This document shows, one piece after another, positions 51,601 to 64,000 of a stretch of DNA of 64,000 nucleotides. This DNA comes from Blasia pusilla (lineage: Eukaryota). Made by a program: the position numbers and the translations under genes. Position 1 is the stretch's first letter; each line of letters begins with the position of its first letter. The DNA lies in assembly GCA_050084515.1 (NCBI GenBank), contig CM114271.1, positions 2,232,001 through 2,296,000 of the forward strand, written 5' to 3'. Below the pieces are notes generated by a model. The model had not been told where the DNA came from, did not search any database, and saw only the letters and a list, made by a program, of their open reading frames with translations.

Positions 51601-54600
51601 TGAGAGATGTTTTTAGGACCGCCGAGAACATTGAGCGCAACATGGCGGAGGAGAGCGTAGCCACCATGGGTTCTGGCGAGCGATCACGATTATCTGCACC
51701 ACTGTGCGGCAAAGAACGTGACTCGAGATAGGTCGATGTGGCACCACGAGCTCGGGGGAGGATACCGGGAGGCCGTGCCACGAGACCTGTGCCTTCATAT
51801 GCGGCTCAACAAAGAAGCGCCTACTATTACTTGTTGGTCATGTGGTGGAGCCCATCATCGCCGCGATTGCACTCGTCGGGTCATGGGCGTGTGCCTCACC
51901 ATGGAGGAGGAGATGGTCTTTGCACAGGAGGTTATCAGTGTGACTATTGTCGAGGTATGGTCATACACGCGCCAGGTGTTTGATTTACATCTGAGTTACG
52001 TCCGGACCAAGGGCGAGAGGGCACCACGGATCGAGTAGCCGGTCCGGGTGGGCCTAGAGATCGTGCACAGGTGGTCCCGTTGGGGGACGAGGAGCTGGAG
52101 TTGCCTAACAGGGTGGTGGAGCTACCCGTGGAGGAGGTAGAATACCACCACCTAGACGCGCCGAGGGAGATGACGGACGTGAGGCTGGGATGGTTGCTCA
52201 GATACACCAGCTACATGAGCAGATTACCGCTATGGCATTGAGGTTACCCGATGCCGGATCCGTGGCATCGACATCATATGGAGCAGCCAGAGATCTGGAG
52301 GATCCTGGATGGATGTGCGGGGTTGCCTAGATGGAGGCCGCCGCAGTTGTGACGCGTGGAGGAGCCGCAGAGTTGGATCCACAACGAGGGGAAGCCAGAA
52401 GAGAGACTAGGCTTCCTCAGTCTTTCACGTTGTCCGAAGCGATGAGGACCCCATCGATGGGTCCTCATCAAAGTTGCTGGAGAGTTGGTGATGTTGTTGG
52501 TGTGCAGGCACAGAGGGCGATGGGAGAAGCGAGTGCGAAGACTCCTATTGTTGATGCTCAGGAGGGGCATGTGTCGAGCACGTTGTTGGGGGCGACCACC
52601 GTTGTGTACCCCACTCCTTTATTTTCTGCTTCCGATGTTATGACGTTGGGCGGTACGCCCGCCGAGGCTTTTTGGCTGGACGCTTCACTATGTGAGCGCG
52701 GAATTGGAGTTCCTGCATCACGTTTAGAGGTGATTGCAGAGGAGGTGATGGACCTGCCCTTGGAGCGGATGCTCGGGCCGTCCATGTCAGATTCATGGCA
52801 GGCTGCGGCTGCTAGGATGGCGAAGATGCCCGCTAGACCCGCGATAGAGCGTGCCGTGGCTTCTCCTGGTGTTGTGTTGCTGGATAACCGACGAGAGGTC
52901 TTCCAGTTGGTGAGTCTTGGAGGTAGAGCTTTTAGTCCGCAGCGCGTCTTGTTGGATTCAGGAGCGCAACCCCTGATGTTGGGGAAAGCGTCATTCAGAG
53001 GATTGGGTTTGACAAGAGCCGATGTGGAGCGTTGTCCACTCTGGATACATACATCCTTGGGTGGAGCGAGTACCACACAGTATATCACCCGACAGGAGGT
53101 CGTGGTGAGGATTTGCCCAGGGCATCCTACAGATGAGTCTGTGGTGCGCGCCAAGGCGATAGTGACTGATGTAGAGTCCTACAACGTCTTGGTTGGTGGA
53201 GCAGTGTTATACCCGATGGGGTTTTCCCTGGATTACTAGGAGGAGTCAGCGTCCTACCGGCAGTCAGGTGATGGGCGCCTTAGCTCATTACCCGTTCGAT
53301 TCACAGGTACAATGATCGAGCAACGTCCAGGAGAGATGGCGACCTTAGCAGCATTTAGGAGTGCCATTACTTGACCTAGTGATTTGATTGAGGGACATGT
53401 CCATGCAGAGGATACTCCGTTCCTAACATTTCTATGGAGAGGAGTGTTATGGTAGCTGCATCATTCCGTGGAGGAGAGGTGCATTTGTGGGGCTCGGCCG
53501 AGAGCCGGCGATTGGCAGATGAGCACGTGCAGACCGCGTGGAGCGAGGCATTTGCACCGGAGCGTGATGGGTCTGAGGAACCCAAGGTAGCAGAGAGTGC
53601 TACGATGACACCCTTGGATACCACACCCATTGTGTGGTGTACCCGGACGAGGGTATTTGTTAGATCTCTTTGGAGGGATTAGCTCCGGGTTAGCTGTTGT
53701 TTTGCAGGCAAGAGTACAAGTACAGCAGTACCTGTATGTGGAGAGTGATGATGTTGCGAGGCGCGTCTCACTACGACATGTGGCGCACTTATGCCTACGT
53801 TTTCCCCACTTATTTTTTGCGTCCGCAGTACAGGGGTACCATAGTTCCCTACCGAGGGAACTATGCGAGAGTGGAGCGCCCCTCCCATTTGTTAGTGGAT
53901 TCCATTCTGGATCCAGGTCGTCGATCACACGCAGTGAGGCACGATGATCGACCACCGTTGACTATGGTCAACATGGTAGGCAGGCCGTGGGCAGCCTTGC
54001 CCACGTTTGTGAGTTTTCCCGCTTCCTATGCATACAAGGAGGCCGGTCCTGGCTTGGTTTGGGATGACCAAGTTCAGCGGTTGGTGGAGCCCAAGGCTGA
54101 CGAGAGAGAGCGAGCGATGGGATTTCCCATAAGAGTGACGGCAGTACCGTCAGTGTCAGAGGCATCACGACGCCACGTCTTGGGTCAAGCGATGGACCTC
54201 AACTGCTTGACATGGATCCTCAGCTTAGGAGTGGCTGAGCAGCGTCGCATGAGATCGCGACAGATCATAGCGGTTGCGTTGGTGAGCCCCATGCCTATCG
54301 AGATGGTGGAGGCAGTGGCTGGGGGCGAGACCCGAGGAGATCTACGCACCAAGGGAGATCAGGAGAGACACCCTTGGACTTCTTGGGATGTTTTGAAGGT
54401 ACGCAAGGAGATGATAGCCACAACATCGAGCGTGGTTTGAACGCTTTGCGTGGAGGAGATCAGAGTTTGCAGTTGGCTGCAGGAGAGCGGCCGAGTGTTG
54501 TTGTTCGAGACGGGATTGCACCAAAGCAACCACCGATACCCGCACCGGAGAGTCCTGCTGTAGTCACGATGGAGACTTGGGAGCCAAATATGGGCCCTAA

Positions 54601-57600
54601 GTTGACACAAGGAGAGCGGCGCCGAATACATTAGTTCCTCAGGAGTCATAGGAGCTTCTTTGGGTTTAGCATGGAGGATTTGAGTAGGCTGAAAGGACTG
54701 GAGATCCGCATTGAGTTGTCGAGTGATACGCCAATCTTGTGACAACCCTACAAGTACAGTGATAAGCAGGACTAGTGGAGATGTCGCATGGGGAGTATGC
54801 ATCTGCCACAGTCATGCCCGCTAAGAAGGATGTGCATGGCAACTGGACGGACAGGCGGATGTTTGGGGATTACCGACCTATCAATCGATAGACAAAGTCC
54901 GATAGGTATGCCATGCCCACCCCTGAGGAGATCTTTGATGCGATTGATCACGCAAAGGTCTTCAGTTCATTGGATTTGCGAGCCGGATACCATCAGCTGC
55001 CTATCAGATTGGAGGACAGGCAATCGATCGCATTTTGGGGCATCGATCCTCACGGGAAGGATTGTTTGTAGCAGTGGCGCTTCTTACCATTTGGGTTAAA
55101 GAACGCCCCGGCTGAGTTTCAGAGGGTCATGGATAGGATCTTGGCTGGTCTGGATTTTGCTAGGTGTTATATTGATGACATTGTAGTCTTTAGCGCCACG
55201 GTTGAGGAGCATGAGCAACATCTAGAGGAGGTGTTTCGACGATTGCAATTACATGGGCTGAAGCTACATCCAGGCAAGTGCAAGTTCTTCTACGACCAGA
55301 TTGAGTACTTTGGTCATATGGTATACCCAGGGGGCCTTGGTGTTCAGCAGACAAAGGTAGAGGCTATCTCAATCATTCCACGCCCTACAGATGTGAGCCA
55401 TGTTTGCGCATTCATGGGATTGGCGAACTTCTATCGGCCATACGTCAAGGGATTCAGTTCGATTGCGAAGTCGCTGACCTTGCTGACCAAGGTGGATCAC
55501 GAGTGGCATTGGGGGGTTGAGCAGGAGCGAGCATTTCAGTTTCTCAAGGACAGGTTGACATCCGCGCCCATCTTGAGGAGACCGATCAAGGGGCGTCCTT
55601 TCCAGTTGCACACAGATTGGAGCATGTTGGGGCTTGGAGCGATGCTCACCTAGCATGATGATGAGGGTAGAGAGTTCGTGGTGGCTTACACTAGCCGCTC
55701 GAACAACGTTGCAGTGGTGAAGTACACCTCGTATGAGGGTGAGTGCTTGGCTGCGGTGTGGGTTGTCGCGCATTTCAAGTGTTACTTATTCGGCAACCCC
55801 TTTACCATCATCACTGATCATCAACTGCTGAAGTGGTTGATGGAGTCCAACAAGCTTGCAGGGAAGCTTGCGATATGGGCTCTGTTGTTGCAGGAGTATT
55901 ATTTTCAGGTGGTACATAGACATGGGACTCTCAACCAAGATGCAGATGGGTTGAGTCGTAACCCATGCCCGAGTCAGCGAGATGCGATTGGAGCTCGATA
56001 GCATGGAGAGAGTGATGAGGAGTCGGTGCTAGGATGGCACTCGTCAGCCTATTTAGGCATGTTGGCTATGGAGAGCCAGAGTGTGGAGACTTCGATGGCG
56101 AGGTCTAGTGGAGAGTCCTTGGATCCGGAGGCTAGTGAGAAGACAACAAGTGGCCGACATATTCATGATGATGGAGTAGTCTTGGAGTACCTTCGTACTG
56201 GCAGCGTTGCGAGCACCGTGGATGCTAGAGAGCGGGATCGGAGCCTATAGCGGGCCAGACGATTCCGTTGGGAGGGGACACATGTTTTGAGGGTTTGGGA
56301 GGATGGTAGAGTACGCGTAGTGCCACATCCTTTGCAGAGAGCACGACTAGTGCAGCATGCCCACGAGGAGTTGGGTCACTTTGGGGTGAAGCGGACGTAC
56401 AATTTGCTCCAGATTCAGTATTGGAGGCATGCAGACTGACGTTCAGTAGTTTGTTGCCAGGTGCATGGTGTGTGATCGGGTCCGAGCATCGTTCAATGCT
56501 CCGACTCCACAGTTACATCCATTACCGATCATGGGCTTAGGGTATATATGGAGTTTGGATTTTGCAAAACCTTTTCCTTTGACGGAGCGTCACAATCGTT
56601 ATGTGTTGGTGATGGTCGAGCAAGTGGATCGAGTTGGTTGCATTGCTTGACAAAGCAAGTGAGGGAGTAGCTTATGCCTTCCTTGACAGAGTGCCGAGTC
56701 ATTATGGTGCATCGGCTGAGGTGTTGACAGACCAGGGTACCGAGTTTCGCGGTGAGTTCCAGGCCTTGTGTGATCAGGCGCTGATCGACCACCGCACGAC
56801 TTCACGAGATCATCCCGATACGGATGGATTAGCGGAGAGAGTTGTGCATACGGTGAAGAGGGGTTTACGCAAGTATGGCTTGTAGAGAGGTCACCTAGGA
56901 TATTGGGACCTCCTGTTGCCATGGTTGGCGATGGGATACAGATTCAACAAGCAGGCATCCTTAGCGTCTTTTTCACCGTACTTGCTACTTTATGGCCGAG
57001 AGCCAGATTTACCTACGGCCATTTGTCGAGATGTTGGTGAGGTGCTGGATCTTGATGACCCAGATGTATGGATGCGAGCATGTTCTTAGAGGGCTGAGTT
57101 GTTTTGGAGAGTGATGCCCATGGCGTTCGAGAACTTGGCGATTGCGCATCGAGATACGTTGAGGTATGCGACTATTCGGGGTGGTGGTTATCGACCAACT
57201 ATCCAGAGATTTCATCAGGGAGATTATGTATACTTGCAGCAGACGGCACTGACGACGTTGGATGTGACTGTAGGGCGCACTATCTTGAGAGTGCGTGACG
57301 TTTTACCATCCGATGTTCTCTTGCTGGAGGGACGCGATGGTATGGTATGGAAGGACCATGTGCGTAATTGTGCGCCATGTCACCTTGACTTGGGAGCATA
57401 GGTTACCATGGAGAGAGCTTGGGAGAGGGGAGGGGTATACCTCAAGGAGAGAGAGCTTGAGAGCTCATTCTCTCTTTGTTGAACCTCTTGGCATGAGGCG
57501 GCGGAGCTATGGTCCCCTGCCTTGTGAGTGTAACCCAAGCCTCTCATTAGGAGAGTGGGTTTGGTTTGACATGAGAGAGAGTGCACACCTTTGAGAGTAT

Positions 57601-57767
57601 GGTGTGAGATGGTGTAGAGAGAGATTGGATCTTACTTTATTGGAGATATTTTGGTACTTCTCGCCTCTGTGTATGGATGCCATGAGTTAGCATGGGATCG
57701 TGTGTGTTTGTGTGTGTGTTCAATGACAGCGATGCATGTTGTGTAGCGATGATGTATGCGCACGACA
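48687..57767 (+). mobile_element. Retroelement 3: same family type, split-direct-repeat layout with a 3' internal deletion
   Basis: TGTCACG...CACGACA ends with TSD TACA (48683-48686 and 57768-57771). 48945-49199 is repeated at 57386-57639 and followed by an A-type segment at 57640-57767. gag ~50739-52300, PR DSG ~52955, MTase ~53645-54240, RT ~54690-55440 (CYIDD), RH ~55600-55970, IN ~56350-57385. Confidence 0.92.
53645..54240 (+). pseudogene. C5-methyltransferase domain of element 3 with the catalytic centre (motifs IV-VIII) deleted
   Basis: Motif I LDLFGGISSG and YLYVE are present, then the sequence jumps at ~53855 to the post-motif-VIII region. ERAMGF and LGQAMD are retained. Confidence 0.85.
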
Positions 57768-60700
57768 TACATCATGTCACACAAGATCACAAGTCTTGGA
57801 ATCCCCAAAAATGTTATTCACCAATTTTCTTTCATGCTTAACTTATTTTCTATCACTTTTTGCCATTGTCTTATTCTTTCTCTCTATGTTCATGCTTGTG
57901 ATCTCCGCTAGCCTATTATCTCAACATTTATCTTAGTTTTTTACTATCATCATGTCTCATGCAAAGAGGAGGCCAACTGTGCTTTGGACACCCCTAAGGT
58001 TGCGTTGGATATCCAATGCATCATCGCTCGAGTTTGAGACCAAGAAGTCTTCTACAAGTGTGAGAAAATGATCTTTAGGCCCTCAATGGACTTGTGTATT
58101 GCGAGTGCCTTGAGTATTATGTAAGTATTTTGCATCTAGATGTCTTCCAAAAGTAATTCAATTTGTAGCAATGAACTCCACGATGACTCCTCTAGGAACG
58201 GTGGCAATCGTCCCCATCTATAAAATCCGCGCATCCATCCCAGATGCTTCTAATCTCTCCCTATACCATAAAACTTAACGTTATTGATCTTGCATCATGC
58301 AATTGAGATGCCATCATAGCAATCTATTGTTGTAGTTACTCCATCGAGAACGCCATCGTAGAGTCACAACCAAGATTTCCCTCGATCCATCCAAGTGGTG
58401 GGCATGTGCCTCCTCCTTGCGGAGTCCTTAGGCATACCCACCACCACGTCCACGAAGTCCCCCTCCAAGATCATTTGCACCTTAGCCTCTAGTACTAGAA
58501 ACAAAATTTGGATTTATTTTATGGCTTGACAAAGAATGACTTGTGCGCAAGAGAATCAAATTATGATTCTATTGGTTTAGTTTTGTTTTAATGAGTAAGA
58601 CTCATGTAGTATAAAAGTTTGACACAAATCTTTAGTAAGGAAAAAAGTTTTTCATTTTCAGCTCATATTTCTATCACTTATAAAATAATTAAAATGTATG
58701 TATGTTCATCTGTAAAATTATTTTTTAAACCATGTGGCATATTGAAAAAAATTTAAGATGAAGGCTTAGATTTCATCATTCATGTGACATACCTTTGAGA
58801 AAATATTGAAATAAAATTATAGCTACCTTAAGTATGAGTATGAAGACTTCTCACTACAAACACAAGTTAGCATGCTCCAGCTCGCAATGAAAATGATTGA
58901 CTAAATAATCTTGAAATATTTCTAATTTCAAAATTCAAAGACAACCTCCAATTTCTTAAGTCTTAAAGGAGAAATAACAGTTCCACTCCCTAGATAATTC
59001 CACCCCTCCATAAAATAATATCTACTCGTTCCCCTCCACTCCTCCCACCAAACTAACACCCACTAACTAAATCATTTATTATTATTATTAATTAATTAAT
59101 TAATTTCCCTCTTCCATTAAAATTCATTTTTCCTTCCCAAGATATCAAGTGTGAATTAGGGTCAAGATTTCATGCATGTTACTATTTCGTTTTATTTTCT
59201 CACTATTTTTTCCTTATGGTGCATATAGGGTTGCCAATAATAATATAAATTATAATTCGATTCACAATATATTAAATGTTTTTTTTTATATTTTTTAAAC
59301 CATTAAAACCATTAATTCTCTTTCATCATAGGAGGGATCTAAGATTTTTTTCAATTATCCAAATCATTCAAATATTTCAAGAAATTCTTCGATATAACTA
59401 TAAAAATATTTGCACTTTTTATTATTTGGATGTTGAATATCTACCTTGAAAACTAAGTAGCATTCTATTATTCCATTGATATAGGCTTTCATTGATTTTT
59501 ATAAAAGTGTAACTTGAGAATTTTCCACCAAAACCATTGTAATTAAATTCACAATATTAATCTATTTTGAGATGCATTAAGTTTCATGCCCTTTTTTTTC
59601 AATGATGAGACCTATTTTAATTTTCATACTGCATAAAAATTCTTCTTCAAATTCTATGAATTTTAGAGATCTTATTACAATTTCTCCAAAATTGTTAATT
59701 TTTAAATATTTTCTCCAATACTTTCTGCTTTTAGTTGTAGTGGATGTGGAGCTCTATTTCTTTAAAACACTCCACATAGTCTTAATCCATTCTTTTTGGC
59801 CATCAATGTTTTTCAAAAACATCAATCATTAGTTTCAATTTACAAAAAAAAATTCCACCTGAGATATTCTGCTTAAACTCCTACTCTCGATTTTTTTATT
59901 TTGTACATTTCTTTTAATAAAATTTGGTTCTAGAGAAAAAAAATTTAACAAAATGGGTGGATTTTAAAATTTTAACAATCCATTAAAATCTTGTTTAGAC
60001 TGCCCAAATTCTCCACTATTCCTGGAAAAATTTATCTATTTCTTCATTTCCCTTTCTTTTTCATTCTCGATATTTGATTTAACGTTTTTAAAAAAATCAT
60101 TTTCTACTTGATTAAGCCGCTTTTTTCTTTTCTAACCTAATTTTTTCAGTAACGAATTTTAGAAGGAAGAGATGTACACCAAGACCTATAATTATTAAAT
60201 CATTTTTTTCTAAACAATAATTTGCTACTTCTAAACATTTGCCCAACAATAAGGGCTCCATCGTATGTGGTTTCATGGCTCCATGACGGCTCAAAGAAAG
60301 AAGTATGGCAAATGAAAACCAGTTGTATTAGGGCCACTCAAAGCCGGATTGTAGAGCATTGCTACAATCCTTGTGGATAAGAGTCGTGCCTATTGCCGCG
60401 GGTGGCAACGACAAGCCAAAATTGCTTGCCATTGGTCACTCACGGCAATAGCCATATGTCCCCATGCCATTTGTTTGGGAGTCTACGAATGACATGAAGA
60501 TTGTTTAAAAATCTGGATTTGAAACTAATTTGCAGATTTATTTTCGATTACCCTTTTTTTGAGTTCCTACGAACAAGCTTTCAACAACCCTCTTACCCCC
60601 ATAAACTATGACGAATATTGAAATTCCCTAAAGTTTAGGAATGGATCGCAAATCTCTTTAGGGGAACCAACTTTTTGGAGTAGAAACTCTCGCAATCTGC

Positions 60701-62445
60701 TCAGGACCGGATCCTATTGGCACCTGTAATTAGAAGGTCCTCATGACCATGGAGGGTCTTGAGGATTTCCACACCCAAAATAATTGAACACATCCGCAGA
60801 AATTTATTTCAACACTCTCGAAAACTAATATTCCAACGTGTTCTCAAGTAACTTATAATTTATTTATTTCTTCGGGTGTATGATCTATGTATGGTTAATC
60901 CATGTGTAACTTAGAGCAGGATCCCATGGACAACCATAAAGGTAGCCATGACCTCATTTCTATGACGAAACCATTTTTCCAACAGACAACCCAAGAAAAA
61001 AGATTGGTTATTCTTAGTTTCCATTGGACATTTGTCATTGAGGTTTTCCAGGACACCGGACAATTCCTACGCCGAAAAGTTTTGGGCACACCCCCATGAC
61101 ACCTCGACCTCCCGCCCATGGGACCCGGCTCTTAGTCGCCGAGCCAATAGAATAGAGGGTGCCCATGGGAATGGCATATGATTGATGACTTCTAAAATAA
61201 TGTGCCATAGTGTGTACTATTCGGCAGGCCGTGCCATGCATGGGAGTGAAAGGACTAATCATGATGTACATAAAATCTTTTTCTTGCTTCCCATGAAGAG
61301 AATTTTTTTCTTTATTACCCGTACAATAAAAATATTTTCTTATACCCGATTGCCACGTGCCAAGAAGCAAACATGTATTTGCAAATAAATAAAACACTCT
61401 CCAATTTAAATTATTATTGGAGAGTGCCTTATAATTTGCAAACATATTGCTGCTTGACATGTGGCAATCAAATAAAAAAAATATTTCATTTATACGGATA
61501 GAAAATGATTTTTATTTCATGAGCAAGAAAAGAAACATTTATTCCCATCTGCATGATACGGGCTTCCCAGTAATAATTGGAGAGTTCTTTTTCATTTGCA
61601 CCTTTAAGGTTTAACACGTGGCAATTGGGAAAGGAAAGAAAAAGTTTAAATTTGTACACAACTTCCTTAATCCTATACACCAAGAAGATGGCCTCAACCC
61701 CCAGCAGCGATGGCCGTTCATAGGAGGGGGAGCTGTGCGACCACAGGACGCGAGCTGCGCGGTGGGGCAGGGCATTGCGCAGGAGACGCGGGAATGTGGG
61801 GGGGGAGGGGCTCTCGGTGGTGGTTTGGGTGCAGCGCATCGGAAATCGGACGTGGAGGATTGTTGTAGCTGCTGTTGTTTCATGGTGCAGCGATTGGGTG
61901 TGCTGCGATTGCACGAAGGTTGTGGTGCGGAGGTAGCGCACGAGGGTTCCCTGATCTGTGACTTCTAGTAATGTGCGCAGAAGTGGCCGCGTTTTCGCGC
62001 GTTAGGGCGATTTCTTCCATGGGCACTCTGGTTCTTGGGTGCGCTTGAAAGTTGAAACCCTTCCGTGCCTCGGGATGCAGTGCGGGTGGATTGCAGCTGC
62101 CCAGTCGCGTGCTGGACAGACGGTCGTCTCCAGAGAACGTGGGAGAAGACTGCAGTGTTGTTGTTGAATTTGATGGCAGGGTAGAGACGCGTTTGTCCGT
62201 TTGCTGTCTCCTCCCCACAGCTCACATCCCGCGTAGGGAATGATGTGGAGTTGCGGGCGTGTGGGGCATGGGATGGCGCAGTGGCGCACCGAAGGAGCTA
62301 GACACGACGAGAACAATGAACGCGAAGAGTGAGTTCCGAATGGGATGGGTTAAAAGATATTGTATTGATATCCCAGTCACAAAAAATACACATCGAATTT
62401 TTGCGTAGAATGTCCTACGACTAAAATGCCTGCAATCCGGTGAGG

Positions 62446-63135
62446 TCAGGTGACGACCTCTGCCATTCTCTTCAAGTCGGCTTCACTCAACCTCTGATGC
62501 ATCAATTGCGCATCACCGTTCGGTGGCGTCAGTAGTGGAACCTCATCTTGGTCATTCTTGCCGCTTGAATGATCATGGCCATTTTCAGTTTCAGAGCCAG
62601 TGGGATCTTCAGCTGAAGGCGTGACTGTCGTCACCTGAAGACCCTCGGGCAGCAAACAATTGCAAAACCTACCTATCCTCGCAAGCCTGTTCACCCAGCC
62701 AGGAATGTCCTTGCCAGTTAACCTACAGCATATATCATTCGAGAAGTGGTTGCAGTTCTTTGAAATCAGATGGTAAGTGTCTCCGTTATACTGGTCGGCG
62801 CAGGCCTCCATGAACTTATGGCATTCCTCGTGTGTCATGTCCGTAGTCCCTAACAAGACGCTACTGCGAAAAGTAAATCCTGGACAATGGCGCGGATCGA
62901 CTTCAAATACTCCGCTGGTAGGGAAGTCGTGCGCACCGAAAGCATACTCCACATCATGCACTTCAATTCCCGAGTGGAAAATCCCGAGCCCAAACCAATA
63001 GCAATAGTCATTCATCGGCGTCAGATCGTAGACATTGAGATAGATGGGCACGCGAGTTTTGCCACTGCTTGGGGAGGAGCCCGACGCCGGGACAACAGCA
63101 CTTCCTCGCATTCTCTCCAGTCGAGTGTTTGTCAT
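62446..63135 (-). CDS. PPPDE/DeSI-like deSUMOylase/deubiquitinase, single coding exon
   Basis: LNVYDLT, GIFHSGIEVH (catalytic His), YHLISKNCNHFS (catalytic Cys), IPGWVNRLA. The start may be the second ATG near 63111. Confidence 0.93.
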   Translation of the reverse strand: MTNTRLERMRGSAVVPASGSSPSSGKTRVPIYLNVYDLTPMNDYCYWFGLGIFHSGIEVHDVEYAFGAHDFPTSGVFEVDPRHCPGFTFRSSVLLGTTDMTHEECHKFMEACADQYNGDTYHLISKNCNHFSNDICCRLTGKDIPGWVNRLARIGRFCNCLLPEGLQVTTVTPSAEDPTGSETENGHDHSSGKNDQDEVPLLTPPNGDAQLMHQRLSEADLKRMAEVVT

Positions 63136-63459
63136 TACCGACCGTCGATTGCTGCGCGGACTCCGACCAACAACTCAACTCACGCTGCAACCGCACAATT
63201 CCAGTCATCCAGGTAGGGCTCACAGATTCACATCACACAATCAGTCAACCCAAGAAGCCTGTCTGATTCCATACTCGATTCCCACACCCTCATCGTTCAG
63301 GCCTCTCCACCGCCTCGACTATCGTTCCAACCCTCCTCACGTTACAGGAGACCAATTCAGCCCATCCAGGTGCGAGCACTCTAGGATTTTGCAGAGTCAA
63401 CCTACCCGAACAAGCTGTCCCTCTCCGATTACCCTCCCACTATCACCATCACAACCATC

Positions 63460-64000
63460 GTCGTCGTCGTCGTCGCTCACCTCCGCCTCAAGCCTCGCGA
63501 TCTCCCACGCGACTCGATTTCTTCCTCCGTCGTCCGTCCCTGCGCGTCCTCTTAACTCGTTTCCTCCATGTGCGAGATCTCCTCGCCTCCTGCTTCACTT
63601 GGCTTCCTTTCTGATGCACTCCTTCCTCCTCCTCCCGCGCTCCTGGTTTCGCCTCCGCCGCTCTACCTGCCCACCCGCGCACTTCGTTCCGCTTCTCCCC
63701 TCCCGCGCACTTCGCTTCGACTCTTCCGCTCTCCTTCTGCGCACTCCGCTTCGACTCTTCCGCTCCTCCTCCTCCTCCCCTCCCGCGCGCGCCTTCCCTT
63801 CGATTCTTTCGCTCCCCTCCTGCCCTCTTCGCTCCAATCCTCCGCTCCTCTGCGCTTCCGCGCTCTTCGCTTCGATACTCCTGCTCCCCTCCCCTCCCCT
63901 CCCCTCCTCTCCTCTCCTCTCCTGCGCACTCCACTTCGATTCTGCTTCTGCGCGATCCGTTTCGCTTCGTTTCTCAGACTCGCGCTGCTGCTGATCTTCC
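63460..64000 (-). other. GA-rich low-complexity 5' UTR/promoter region of the PPPDE gene
   Basis: CT-rich on +, CpG-rich, directly upstream of the minus-strand CDS. Confidence 0.5.

Noticed and set aside
63044-63994. 316-aa Ser/Pro/Leu-rich ORF and its antisense Arg/Glu-rich ORFs
   Set aside because: Low-complexity CT/GA sequence upstream of the PPPDE gene, with no recognisable domain.

Overview
Eukaryotic land-plant genomic DNA, possibly a bryophyte or other non-seed plant (inferred from gene style, not proven). Three host genes are readable: a 6-exon SAM-dependent (Methyltransf_16-type) methyltransferase (31963-35493, +), a 9-exon SF3B4/SAP49 splicing factor (41188-44324, +) and an intronless PPPDE/DeSI peptidase (62446-63135, -). 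The main finding is three decayed 8.5-9 kb Ty3/Gypsy-like retroelements (9736-18254, 20464-29095, 48687-57767). Their domain order is gag, aspartic protease, DNMT3-like C5 cytosine methyltransferase, RT, RNase H, DDE integrase and PHD finger; element 2 has lost RNase H and element 3 has lost the PHD by deletion. Each is bounded by a 4-bp target-site duplication, yet none has conventional LTRs or a visible PBS. Element 2 has split direct repeats (B...A-B-A), element 3 is a deleted version of that layout, and element 1 has ends complementary to an internal A-NN-B junction, as in the DIRS1 ICR. The rest of the window holds hAT-type MITEs, Helitron-like repeats, a decayed Copia remnant and simple repeats.
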